This document shows, piece by piece, positions 19,204 through 28,814 of a DNA stretch of 64,000 bases (the stretch's first letter is position 1; every line of letters starts with the position of its first letter). Where the stretch lies: NCBI GenBank assembly GCA_046292385.1, contig JBKBRF010000008.1, positions 95,499 to 159,498 of the forward strand, written 5' to 3'. The translations under genes were made by a program, and so were the position numbers. The DNA comes from Armatimonadota bacterium (GTDB lineage: Bacteria > Armatimonadota > SYMT01). Below the pieces are notes generated by a model. The model saw nothing but the letters and a program-made list of their open reading frames with translations. It was not told where the DNA came from and searched no databases.

Positions 19204-20673
19204 CTACCAGATATCGAGCGGGTAGAGCGGGCGGCGGATCTGGTGGTACTCGAACTTGCGGACGTCGCCCGCGCAGCTTCCCGGGGTCTCCACCTCGAGC
19301 ATCCGGCTGGCGATCGGGGCGTAGGCGGCGCGGTGGGCGACGGCGCCCTTGCAGACGATGATCCTCTGGCGGGCCGGCTCGATCCCGAGGGAGCGGAGCT
19401 GCTCCAGGTTCCACATCGGGAGCTTCCGCTCGGTGAGCACCAGCGTGATCCCGCCGAGGTCGAGGACGGCGGTGCGGCCCATGTCGTCGACCAGCCCGTC
19501 GCGCATCGGGCCTCGATTGGTGAAGATTCCGTCCGAGAGGAGGCGGACGGTGCCCTCTACCGTCACCGGATCGCCGTGGGCGCGGTCGACTTTCCCTCCG
19601 ACCGAGAGCCGCACCCGCTCGCGCACGCCCGCGCGGAGGCACTCCCCTACCGCTTCGGGATCGGCGAGCATCACCACCGCGCCCGCGGCACCCTGGCGGA
19701 GCAGCTCCTGCAGCATCACGGTGCCGTCTCCGGGCGAGCCGCCGCCGACGTTATCCGCAAGATCGGCAAGCACGACGGGCCCCGGGTCGCCGGTGGAGCC
19801 GATCGCGGCGCGGACCGCCGCCTCCGCGTCCGGAAGGTCGGCGCGGAACGCCTCTCGGCGCTCCCAGGCGGCGTCACCCAGCTCCGCGGCGACGTCGGCG
19901 GCGAGACCGCCGTCCTCTTCCGCGGCAACCACGATCCCCATCCCCATCCGGGGCACGTCCGCGTAGGCGAAGCCGGCGGCGACCGAGACGCGCAGCACCC
20001 CCGGCTCCCGCTCCGCCGCGCGGGCCAGCGCCAGCAGCTCCGCCATCGGGCCGTCGGCGGTGCGCTGCCGGACGATGTGCGGCATCAGCGGCGGCTTGGA
20101 GAGCGCCATCCGGGGGCGGAGGTCCTCCCGGAGCATCCGGACGATCAGGTGCGCCGCCTCGCGGCCGCGCGCGTGCAGGTCGACGTGCGGATAGGTCTCG
20201 TAGCCGATCAGGACGTCGCACGACGAAACCATCAGCGGGGAGAGATTGGCGTGCAGGTCGAAGGTCGCCACCAGCGGCACGCCCGGCGGCAGGCAGGAGC
20301 GGACCTCGGCGAGGATGGAGCCGTCCGGGTCATCCTCGCTCTCCGTCACCATCGCTCCGTGCAGCGACAGGAGCACGCCGTCCACCGGCTGTGCCGCGTC
20401 GATCTCGCTCTTCAGGCGGTCCAGGATGGTGCGGAAGCAGTCATCCGTCAGCGGGCCGGACGGCCAGGTCCAGGCGTAGTAGGTCGGCACGACCTCAAAG
20501 CCGAGCTCCTCGGAGGCGGCCAGGAAGCCGCCGACCTCGGTATCGGTTCCGGCCAGCGGCGCGAGCATCTCGCCCCGGGTATAGAGGCGCGTCCGCTCGT
20601 AGTCGGCCAGCGTGGTGAGCGGCCGGCAGAAGGTGTTCGATTCGTGGAAGAACCCGCCGATGGCGATGCGCAC
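19204..20673 (-). CDS. M81 family metallopeptidase (MlrC-like)
   Basis: HESNTF, LHGAM, DLHAN, YPHVD and DNVGGG. AAGGAG RBS precedes GTG. Confidence 0.93.
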   Translation of the reverse strand: MRIAIGGFFHESNTFCRPLTTLADYERTRLYTRGEMLAPLAGTDTEVGGFLAASEELGFEVVPTYYAWTWPSGPLTDDCFRTILDRLKSEIDAAQPVDGVLLSLHGAMVTESEDDPDGSILAEVRSCLPPGVPLVATFDLHANLSPLMVSSCDVLIGYETYPHVDLHARGREAAHLIVRMLREDLRPRMALSKPPLMPHIVRQRTADGPMAELLALARAAEREPGVLRVSVAAGFAYADVPRMGMGIVVAAEEDGGLAADVAAELGDAAWERREAFRADLPDAEAAVRAAIGSTGDPGPVVLADLADNVGGGSPGDGTVMLQELLRQGAAGAVVMLADPEAVGECLRAGVRERVRLSVGGKVDRAHGDPVTVEGTVRLLSDGIFTNRGPMRDGLVDDMGRTAVLDLGGITLVLTERKLPMWNLEQLRSLGIEPARQRIIVCKGAVAHRAAYAPIASRMLEVETPGSCAGDVRKFEYHQIRRPLYPLDIW

Positions 20674-20675
20674 CG

Positions 20676-22154
20676 CTACTCCTTCGGGTCTTTGTGGCGC
20701 AGCACCGCCACGGAGCGGGGATCCTGCGAGAGGTACGCGGCGAGGGCGCGGAGCGTCGGGTCCGGGAGCATCCCCTCCGTATAGTCCGGCATCGCGATGC
20801 CGTCCGGCTGCAGCGGTCCCCGTACGAAGCCCTCGAAGCGGTCCCAGTAAGTGAGACGCGCCGCCCGAGGGTGTTGGTTCGGGTCGGAGAGAAACGTGGT
20901 CAGGCCGTAGCCGGAAAGGTCGCGCGCGGTGCGGCCGCGGTAGTCGTTGTAGGCGGCGTGGCACCCTCCGCACATCGCGAACGCCTGGCGGCCCTCTGCT
21001 ACCAGCGCGGCATCGAGCGCTTTCCGGCCGCCGTCGGTCACGTGAGCGTAGAGGCTGTTCGAGGGGGTCGCGTTCGGGTGGAGCAGCGCGTAGGCGCGGA
21101 CCGTAAACCCGACGACCCCCAGCACCCCGAACGCGAGCCCCGCCATCATGAGCGGGCGGCGCGAGGGACGACGGTCCGGGCCGCGGTCGAGCCACGGCAC
21201 CAGCAGCAGCACCGTCGTGGCGATTCCCGGGATCACGACCGCCCCCACCCACTGGATGCTGCCGATCACCGGGATGTTCGCGAAGTCGCGGAGGAACTGG
21301 TAGAGGAAGATCAGGTTCCAGTCCGGGTGAGGGCTGTAGGTGGGATCCGCCGGGTTCGCCTTGAACTCCAGCTCCACCGGCCGCAGCACGGAGAGGAGGA
21401 AGACGACGGCCACCACCGCCAGGCCGGCGAGCGCCTCCCGCAGTACCTGCCGGCTCACCGTGGGCCCGTCTGCGGTCGGCTTCTCCCCCACCCGGCTGCC
21501 GGGTACGGTATGGCCCGCCCGCGCGGCCAGCCAGACGTGCAATCCCAGCAGCGGCAGCAAAATCATCGGCAGCAGCACGGCGTGGAGCGCGTAGAAGCGG
21601 GTGAGGGTGAGCGCGCCGACCTCCGGCCCGCCCAGCAGGAGCCGCTGGAGGACCGGGCCGAGCCCGGGCACGCCCGCCGCAAAGCCGCCGCGCACGCGGG
21701 CCGACCAGTAGGCCTTCTGGTCCCACGGCAGCAGCTCCCCGGTGAAGACGAATCCCATCGTCACCAGGAGGACGATGACCCCGGTTACCCAGACCAGCTC
21801 TCGCGGCCGCTTGTAGGCGGCGTGGACGAAGGTGCGGATCAGGTGGAGTGCCAGCACGATCAGGAGCGCGCCGGTGGCGTAGTAGTGGATGCCGCGCACC
21901 AGGTTGCCCAGCGGCAGGCGGCGGTCGACGTACACCATCGACTCGTACGCCGCGTCCGGGTGCGGCGAGTAGTACATCGCCAGTAAAACGCCGGTGAGGC
22001 CGACGATCACCAGGAGCAGCATGGCGACCGCGCCCAGGGTCTGTGGCCAGCCGATACCCCGGGGCAGGCGTCGCCGCAGGGGCGTCAGTGGATCCGTATC
22101 GAGGGCAGCACGCTCGTAGAGCCAGTCGCGCGCGCTGACGAGCCGCTTCCTCAC
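20676..22154 (-). CDS. qcrB: Cytochrome b (b6 + subunit IV-like) fused to a c-type cytochrome
   Basis: Four heme-b His ligands, LPWDQKAYW, LTRFYALH, HPDWN (PEWY variant) and a C-terminal CGGCH. Confidence 0.9.
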   Translation of the reverse strand: MRKRLVSARDWLYERAALDTDPLTPLRRRLPRGIGWPQTLGAVAMLLLVIVGLTGVLLAMYYSPHPDAAYESMVYVDRRLPLGNLVRGIHYYATGALLIVLALHLIRTFVHAAYKRPRELVWVTGVIVLLVTMGFVFTGELLPWDQKAYWSARVRGGFAAGVPGLGPVLQRLLLGGPEVGALTLTRFYALHAVLLPMILLPLLGLHVWLAARAGHTVPGSRVGEKPTADGPTVSRQVLREALAGLAVVAVVFLLSVLRPVELEFKANPADPTYSPHPDWNLIFLYQFLRDFANIPVIGSIQWVGAVVIPGIATTVLLLVPWLDRGPDRRPSRRPLMMAGLAFGVLGVVGFTVRAYALLHPNATPSNSLYAHVTDGGRKALDAALVAEGRQAFAMCGGCHAAYNDYRGRTARDLSGYGLTTFLSDPNQHPRAARLTYWDRFEGFVRGPLQPDGIAMPDYTEGMLPDPTLRALAAYLSQDPRSVAVLRHKDPKE

Positions 22155-22660
22155 GCTTCCCGCACCTCCAGCTCGCCCTGCGAGTTCACCCGCGCCTGCA
22201 GTGTTTTCAGCGGCTGCGAAACCGGCCCCGCGACCGGCGCGCCCTGCGCGTCGAAGACGCCTCCGTGGCAAGGGCACTGGAACTGCTTCGCTTCCTCGAC
22301 CCACTTCACCCCGCACCCGAGGTGGGTGCAGGTGGTGTCGACCGCCACGAATCCGTCGTCGCGCTGCATGGCCACCACGCGCCGCTGCCGGGTGGCGGCG
22401 TACCAGCCCTCCGTCTGGGGATACTGGTACGTCGCGGCGACCGGGTGTTCCCGCACGCTCTCGGCACTGATCCCGGTCGGGACCCAGAGCTCCGAGTCGC
22501 CCTTCTCCTCCAGCACCGGCGCCGCGAAGAGTGCCAGCGACGGTACTCCGATCAGCGCCCCGACCACTCCCGCGGCGGCGCCCATCGCCAGCAGGTCGCG
22601 GCGGGTCGGGTCGCCTTCTGGGACTTCCTCGGGGGCCTGGCGCGATCGATCGTCTTCCAC
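22151..22660 (-). CDS. qcrA: Rieske 2Fe-2S subunit
   Basis: Tat motif TRRDLL plus TM helix, CTHLGC and CPCHGG. Confidence 0.93.
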   Translation of the reverse strand: MEDDRSRQAPEEVPEGDPTRRDLLAMGAAAGVVGALIGVPSLALFAAPVLEEKGDSELWVPTGISAESVREHPVAATYQYPQTEGWYAATRQRRVVAMQRDDGFVAVDTTCTHLGCGVKWVEEAKQFQCPCHGGVFDAQGAPVAGPVSQPLKTLQARVNSQGELEVREA

Positions 22661-22991
22661 TCGCAGTTCCTCTGCAGCCGCGCGCTCACTATCCGGCGCG
22701 CGGGTATCTGCGTCTATTCAGTAGGAGGCAGTCCTCGCCCTTCCGCGGGAGGCCATTCCGAGAGCCGGGGACGCAGCCGGCGGCTGCGCGGTGCGGAACA
22801 GCAGCGGTTACCCCGCTCTGTATGGCACAAAACTCCGTTTCAGGACAGGATAGGGCCGAATATGGGTCTAAGGACCCGGGACGGCGTCCCTCCCCTCCGC
22901 GTAATCTTTATATCGGAGTGGAAAGAAGCCGCGTTCAGCACACCGCTGCGCGGCAAACGCCGCGGACACTCGCGGCGAAGAGGCAGCAGCT

Positions 22992-23876
22992 ATGCACGCA
23001 CTTACCCTGGCGCGTCAGCGCATTCGCGACCGCATTCAGAATCCGTCGACCCCCGCCCAGGTCCGCCTGGCGCACGGGATGATGGAGAACGGCCGCACGC
23101 GGTACCTGCCCGTGCTCTCCAGTGCCCTCGCGCAAGACATTCTTACCCGCGGATACGATCCTCGCACGCTCGAGCGGATCTACGCCAACCGGGCCGATGG
23201 TGAGCTGGGCCCCGTCGGCAAGGTCGCCGACCGCCTGGTCCTCAACCTCCCGCTCCACGAAGCGCTCCGAGAGCGGCTCGAGGCGGCCACCGGCGAGATC
23301 GCCGCGGCCGTGGCGCTGAGCGTCCGCGCGGGCGCCGCCGATTTCCGCCTGCTCTCCGCCCCGTGCGGCCTCGCCAACGAGGTGCTCGGCGCCGCGCGCC
23401 GGCTGCAGGCCCGCCATCCGGAAGCGCTGTGCGTCTTCCGCTGCTGGGGCGTCGATTCCGACGCGGACGGCTCCCTCCTGCCGGAGGCGCGCCGCCGCGC
23501 CGCTGCCGCCGGGGTCCGCGCGACCTTCATCCACGAAGACCTCCGCCGCCTGCGGGAAGTGCGGGGGGTGGTCGCCGCGGAAGGACGCTTCCACTTCATC
23601 TCCTGCGTCGGCCTGCTCCAGCGCTTCAGCCTGACGGAGGCGCGGGCGCTCGTGAAGTTCTACGCCGAGTCGCTCGAGCCGGGCGGCACCCTGCTGATCG
23701 ACCGCTGGAACCGCACCGCGCCGACCCGCGTGGCGAAGGGCCTCGGCATCGAGCCGCCCGCCCTTTCGGAGCGGGAGCTGCGGAGCCTGCTGGAAGACGC
23801 CGGCCTGGCGCTGGAGCGGGAGCACCCCTCCGGCGAAGGCGGCTGCGTGCTGGTGGTGGCGCGTAAGCCCGCCTGA
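22992..23876 (+). CDS. Class I SAM-dependent methyltransferase-like protein (Methyltransf_20/YnbC-C-like)
   Basis: GYD..TLERIY.N...G..GK..DR segment, LLSAPCG motif I and LEPGGTLL. Confidence 0.7.
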   Translation: MHALTLARQRIRDRIQNPSTPAQVRLAHGMMENGRTRYLPVLSSALAQDILTRGYDPRTLERIYANRADGELGPVGKVADRLVLNLPLHEALRERLEAATGEIAAAVALSVRAGAADFRLLSAPCGLANEVLGAARRLQARHPEALCVFRCWGVDSDADGSLLPEARRRAAAAGVRATFIHEDLRRLREVRGVVAAEGRFHFISCVGLLQRFSLTEARALVKFYAESLEPGGTLLIDRWNRTAPTRVAKGLGIEPPALSERELRSLLEDAGLALEREHPSGEGGCVLVVARKPA

Positions 23877-23970
23877 TCCCGATTCCGCAGCCAGTCTCTC
23901 AGCGGGCCGGTCGCCGGGGTTGGCGACCGGCCCGCACTCGTTTCCCGACTCGATCTCTGTCGGCGGGGCG

Positions 23971-24000
23971 TTGACGGATAGAACATCTGTTTGCTATAAC
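23971..24000 (+). promoter_or_regulatory. Sigma70 promoter with a LexA (GAAC-N4-GTTY) box in the spacer
   Basis: TTGACG-18 bp-TATAAC, with GAACatctGTTT at 23981-23992. Confidence 0.8.
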
Positions 24001-24060
24001 CTCCTCGTAGAACCCAGCCGCTGATTGCCCGCTTTTGGGGCTCAGCACGAGGAGCCGCCG

Positions 24061-25146
24061 ATGTCGCAGTCGAGCCTCTTTCCCGACGCGTTCGCCGAGC
24101 GATCGTCCTTCCCGTCGCAGCGAGTTTCCGCGCGCGAGGCGAGCTTCGTGCCGCTGGCGGAGCTCGCCCCTCCCGCCGCAGGAGCCGCCGCGAAGGGGAT
24201 CGCGCGGCTGGCGGCGGACGCGCCGGAGCTGGACCACCGCAACGAGGTGGAGTACCGCGACCTCCCCTGCCGCAGCATCCTCAACCGCGTCCAGAGCAGC
24301 CGGGTGCCGTTCGAGCTGGGGATCAACCCGTACCGGGGCTGCGAGTTCGGCTGCGTCTACTGCTACGCCCGCTACACGCACGAGTTCATGGAGCTGGAGC
24401 AGTGGCTCGACTTCGAACGGCGCGTCTTCGTGAAGCGCGGCGCTCCGGAGGCGCTGCGGAGCGACCTCGCCCGCATGGATCTCGACGGCAAGTGGATCGC
24501 CATCGGGACGGCGACCGATCCGTACCAGCCGGCCGAGCGGCGCTACGGCGTTACCCGCTCCCTGCTGGAGCTCTTCGCCCGCCGGCGCGGCATGCGCCTC
24601 TCGATCACCACCAAGAGCGATCTCGTCACGCGCGACCTCGACCTGCTCCAGCGGATCGCAGCCGCTAACGAGATCGAGGTGAACGTCACCGTCACGACGC
24701 CTCACCACGCCCTCTCCCGGCGGATCGAGCCGCGCGCGCCGCGTCCCGACCGGCGCCTCGGAGCGGTGAAAACGCTCTCGTCCGCCGGCATCCGCGCCGG
24801 GGTCTTCGTGATGCCGGTGATGCCCCGGATCAACGACCGCCTGGAGGATCTCGACCTCCTGATGCGGCAGGCCCGCGTAGCCGGCGCCAGCTACCTCGCC
24901 GCGCAGGTGCTCTTCCTGCGGAGCTGCTCCCGCAAGCGGTTCTTCCCGTTCATCGAAGAGGAGTTCCCGGAGCTGCTCCCCCACTACCGCCGCCTCTACG
25001 GCTCCCACCGCACTCCCGCGCTGGCGGAGTACACCCGCGGCATGACGCAGTCGCTCCAAGCGCTCAAGCGGAAGCACGGCCTGGCCGGCGGCGGCCGCTG
25101 GTGGGACAAGCCTTGGCTCTCGCCGGACCAGTTGACGCTGCTCTGA
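24061..25146 (+). CDS. Radical SAM protein, Rv2578c/PA0069 (spore photoproduct lyase-like) family
   Basis: INPYRGCEFGCVYCYA, GTATDPYQPAE and ITTKS. C-terminal QLTLL resembles a clamp-binding motif. Confidence 0.92.
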   Translation: MSQSSLFPDAFAERSSFPSQRVSAREASFVPLAELAPPAAGAAAKGIARLAADAPELDHRNEVEYRDLPCRSILNRVQSSRVPFELGINPYRGCEFGCVYCYARYTHEFMELEQWLDFERRVFVKRGAPEALRSDLARMDLDGKWIAIGTATDPYQPAERRYGVTRSLLELFARRRGMRLSITTKSDLVTRDLDLLQRIAAANEIEVNVTVTTPHHALSRRIEPRAPRPDRRLGAVKTLSSAGIRAGVFVMPVMPRINDRLEDLDLLMRQARVAGASYLAAQVLFLRSCSRKRFFPFIEEEFPELLPHYRRLYGSHRTPALAEYTRGMTQSLQALKRKHGLAGGGRWWDKPWLSPDQLTLL

Positions 25147-25559
25147 GGTGGGGTGGCGGCTTGGGGGCCGGGCCGCCTCGGACTGAAGTAGTCGGGGCTA
25201 CCGGTGCGTTCTTCCTTTTCCCGGCTGCCCCCCCTCGACTGAAGTCGGGGCTACACGGAGCAAAGCCCGCCTTCGCGGGCTGAGTGATGCTTGATCGGCA
25301 GCCTGGCAGCTCTCGTGTCCTCCTCCCTGGCGCTACTCCGCAGAAGGCGCCGGAGTTGGGGCGTCCGGAGGACGCTTGGCCGCAGGCCTACCAGCGAGGT
25401 ATTTCCAATGCCTCGCGGTCCCGCGGGTATCGAGCTGGCGTCCCAGTACTGCGCGAAGCTTCATCGTTCTCTCAAGTCGCCGCGGGCGTCCCGCCCAAGT
25501 ACCTGGCTCGCCAACCGGAGCGGGGCAGTCAACTGCGCCCCACTCTCTCCCCGCATCTC

Positions 25560-25982
25560 TTACGGATTCGGCGGCGAGGTGCAGATCAGGATCTCCAGTG
25601 TCTCGTCACCGGTGTTCTCGATCCCGTGCTCGCACCACGGGGGCAGGTGGATGAAGGTGCCGGCGGTGACCTCCAACTTCTCCCCGGCCAGAGTCATGGT
25701 GCCCTTGCCGCGCATGATCACGTAGCACTCCTCCGTCCAGTGGCTGCCCGGCTCCAGCACCACGTGGGGCGGGACGTAGAACATCACCAGCCCCAGGTTC
25801 TTCGCGGGGGCGTTCGGGTTGACCGGGTGGACCACCCGCACGCCAAGCCCTTCACAGCCGGGGTACTTTACCGGGACGCCGTCCTGCACGCGGACGACGT
25901 TCGGCTGTACCGGCTCGTTCGGGCGCGGGATGGGGGCTTCTTCGGTGGAGGTGTAGCCTTTGAATTCCGTGATCTTTGCCAT
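25560..25982 (-). CDS. Cupin domain protein
   Basis: H..EE.Y.I..G.G and G..I..PP...HGI.NTG. Confidence 0.88.
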   Translation of the reverse strand: MAKITEFKGYTSTEEAPIPRPNEPVQPNVVRVQDGVPVKYPGCEGLGVRVVHPVNPNAPAKNLGLVMFYVPPHVVLEPGSHWTEECYVIMRGKGTMTLAGEKLEVTAGTFIHLPPWCEHGIENTGDETLEILICTSPPNP

Positions 25983-26011
25983 TTCTGTCCTTGAAGTGTG
26001 ACGAGGAGCGA

Positions 26012-26806
26012 CTACCATTCCCGGTGATAGCCGGCGGTCCAGCCGCCGTCGACCACCAGCACGTGGCCGTTGACGTAGCTCGCCTCCGGCGCCGCCAGGA
26101 AGAGCACCGCGTGCGCGATCTCCTCCGGCGTCCCGGGGCGGCCGAGCGGGATGTGCGAGAGCAGGCTCGCCGCCTTCTCCGTGTAGGCGCCGTCGGCGCC
26201 GTAGAAGAGCGCCTCCGTGCCGCGGGTGAGGGTGGAGCCGGGGGCGACGGCGTTCACCAGGATGCCGTGGGGGCCGTACTCCAGCGCCATGGAGCGGGTC
26301 AGGTTGGCGACCCCGGCCTTGGCGGCGACGAACGCGCTCTGCAGCCGCAGCGGCACCAGGCCGGCAATCGAGCCGATGTTGACGATGCGTCCCTCGCCGG
26401 CGGAGAGCATCTGCGGGATCACCGCGCGGCTGGTGTGGTAGACGCCGGTGAGGTCGACCGAAAGGATCCGCTCCCAGTCGGAGGCGGAGTACTCGTGGAG
26501 CGGGACGCGACCGCCGCCGGTGTTGATCCCGGCGTTGTTCACCAGGATCCGCACTGGGCCGAGCTGCGCGGCGGCCTCGGCGGCGACCGCTTCCATCCGC
26601 GCGGCGTCGGTGACGTCCCCGGCGAGAAAGAGGCACTCCCCTCCCCCGTCGCGCACCTCCCGCGCCGCCTGTTCCCCCGCGTCCCGCTCCCGGTCGACGA
26701 TGGCGACGCGGGCGCCGTTGTTGGCGAGCGACTGCACGATGGCGCGGCCGATGCCGTTCGCGCCGCCGGTAACGAGCGCCGCGCGCCCGTGGAGATCGAC
26801 TTGCAT
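26012..26806 (-). CDS. SDR family oxidoreductase
   Basis: TGGANGIG, LVNNAG and NAVAPG. The catalytic YxxxK reads FVAAK. Confidence 0.92.
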   Translation of the reverse strand: MQVDLHGRAALVTGGANGIGRAIVQSLANNGARVAIVDRERDAGEQAAREVRDGGGECLFLAGDVTDAARMEAVAAEAAAQLGPVRILVNNAGINTGGGRVPLHEYSASDWERILSVDLTGVYHTSRAVIPQMLSAGEGRIVNIGSIAGLVPLRLQSAFVAAKAGVANLTRSMALEYGPHGILVNAVAPGSTLTRGTEALFYGADGAYTEKAASLLSHIPLGRPGTPEEIAHAVLFLAAPEASYVNGHVLVVDGGWTAGYHREW

Positions 26807-26816
26807 AGAGAGCTGC

Positions 26817-28262
26817 TTATCCGAAGAGGGCAGTGACCGGCCGGCCGCCCTCGATGAGCGGGGTGGGCCGGCCTTCCGGGTCGGGGACGTGCATGTGGGG
26901 GTCGAGGCCGAGCGCCTGGTAGAGGGTGGCCGCGAGGTCTTCCGGGCTGACCGGGTTCTCGGTGGGGAATGCCGCTTCCGCGTCGGAGGCGCCGTAGCAT
27001 GTGCCGCCGCGAACGCCGGCCCCGGCAACCAGCGCCGGGAAGAGGGTGCTCCAGTGGTCGCGGCCCCAGCGGCCGTTCGCCTTCGGAGTCCGGCCCATCT
27101 CGCCCAGCATCACGACCAGCGTCTCATCGAGCAGGCCGCGGTCGTGGAGGTCTTCCAGCAGCGCGGAGGCGGCCTGGTCGGTGGTCGGCATCAGGTGCTT
27201 CGTGACGTCGTCGCTGTGCACGTGGGAATCCCAGCTATAACCGTCGCAGCAGTCGTAGTGGACCGTTACGAAGCGGACCCCCGCTTCCACCAGGCGGCGC
27301 GCCATCAGGCACGACTGCCCGAAGAGGTGCCGCCCGTAGCGGTCCCGCAGCGCGGCCGGCTCTTCCTTCAGGTTGAGGGCGCGGTAGGTGCGGTCGGAGC
27401 AGGCGAGCCCGAGGGCGCGCTGACGGAAGCGGTCGAAGCTCGCGACGGTGGTGTCGGCGTCCAGCAGCCGACGGCGGTCGTCGAGCTGCTCCAGCAGGCC
27501 GCGGCGGCGCTCCAGGCGGTCGAGCCGCACCTCGCCGCGGGACGACTGCCCCTGGAGCTGGAACGTCAGCTCCTCGTCGGTGCAGTCCCGCCAGTACGGG
27601 TTGTCCTTCAGGTCCCGCTTGGCGACCGCCGTCGTGAGCGGGTTGTAGGCCTTGCCGAGCCAGCCGGCGTGCTCACCCGGCCGGGGGTACTGCCCCGCTT
27701 CCTGCAGGATGCCCAGGGAGTTGGGGAGGACCATGTAGGCCGGCAGAGTGCGGGCGGCACCGCCGGACGCCTGCTGCGCCGCGTACTCCACCGCGGAGCC
27801 GATGGAGGGCCAGTCCTTCGGTGTGGGGCTGAAGCCGCCGCCGATCGGCACGTGCCAGCGGTGACCGGTCTGGATATAGTGGGCGCCCCCGCTGTGATCG
27901 TTGAAGTCGTGCGTCATCGTGCGGATGACGCAGTAGCGGTGCGAGAGCTGCGCGAGCTTCGGGAGCGATTCGGAGACGAGCAGGCCGGGCGTCCGGGAGG
28001 GGATCGGCTTGTAGGGTCCGCGGATGCTGCTGGGAGCGTCCGGCTTGAGGTCGAACGTCTCGAGCTGGCTGGGCCCGCCGAAGAGAAAGAGGAAGATCAC
28101 GCTCTTCGCGCGGGCTCCCCGCGGCGGTGCTCCCCGAAGCTCTTCCGCGGCCAGCACGCGCGGCAGGCTCAAGCCAAGCAGCCCGGTCCCGGCAGCCTGG
28201 AGGAGCTGCCGGCGCGCGGTGCCGTCGCAGGCGCGTCGCGGGCGGGAGGTGATCGAGAGCAC
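26817..28262 (-). CDS. DUF1501 domain protein
   Basis: RAKSVIFLFLFGGPSQLETFD.KP, ARRLVEAGV, WDSH, GEMGRTP and GRDHW. Confidence 0.94.
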   Translation of the reverse strand: MLSITSRPRRACDGTARRQLLQAAGTGLLGLSLPRVLAAEELRGAPPRGARAKSVIFLFLFGGPSQLETFDLKPDAPSSIRGPYKPIPSRTPGLLVSESLPKLAQLSHRYCVIRTMTHDFNDHSGGAHYIQTGHRWHVPIGGGFSPTPKDWPSIGSAVEYAAQQASGGAARTLPAYMVLPNSLGILQEAGQYPRPGEHAGWLGKAYNPLTTAVAKRDLKDNPYWRDCTDEELTFQLQGQSSRGEVRLDRLERRRGLLEQLDDRRRLLDADTTVASFDRFRQRALGLACSDRTYRALNLKEEPAALRDRYGRHLFGQSCLMARRLVEAGVRFVTVHYDCCDGYSWDSHVHSDDVTKHLMPTTDQAASALLEDLHDRGLLDETLVVMLGEMGRTPKANGRWGRDHWSTLFPALVAGAGVRGGTCYGASDAEAAFPTENPVSPEDLAATLYQALGLDPHMHVPDPEGRPTPLIEGGRPVTALFG

Positions 28263-28385
28263 GCGGGATCTCCGGGGTGGCGGTTGCTCTTATCAGAGTT
28301 TCGGGAGGGGCTGCGGTTTCGCGGGAAACGGGCATTCAGCCGTATCCATGGGCGCTCGATCGGTCGGACGCCTCTGGTGGTGGAT

Positions 28386-28663
28386 CTCTTCCCCTGGGCA
28401 GCGTCGAGTCCGTGGCTCCGACCCGCGCCCTTGTCGGCGGAGACAGCCCTCCCGCGGCGAGTGCCCTCCGCGGTCTTTTCACGCCCTTCGGGCTAGCAGA
28501 CCGCTCCGGGAGTCCGCCCCGTGTGGCTCTTCCCGCGTCACTGCGCTCTACCGCGTCAATGGTAGGGTTCACGGCCTGTCTCCGCCGCCTTCGAGCGAGC
28601 CCCCTGCGCCCAGGGGGCTCACAGGTGGCGTCCTGCGGCCCAGCCTTCCGGCTGTGCCTCCGG
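28386..28663 (-). ncRNA. Candidate structured RNA or dispersed element, copy C
   Basis: Third diverged copy of the 2.1-2.8 kb element, with compensatory helix changes. Confidence 0.6.
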
Positions 28664-28814
28664 ACGCCGAAAGTGTCAGTATCGGGGGCGGTGGACCGTC
28701 GGTGCGAGGGGGCAATCGGCCGGTGGATGGGGTCGGGGAAGAGCGTTCAGGCAGGAATGCGTGCTTGAATTGGGTAATCCGATAGCAACGTCTGTTCGTA
28801 ACGAGGCACGCTGC

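Noticed and set aside
19204..21726. 840-aa ORF as a fused protein
   Set aside because: The N-terminal half is an off-frame overlap with cytochrome b. The real start is GTG 20673 with an RBS.
22822..22840. Sigma54-like TGGCAC upstream of the methyltransferase
   Set aside because: The -12 TTGC element is absent (TGGCAC-AAAAC-TCCG).
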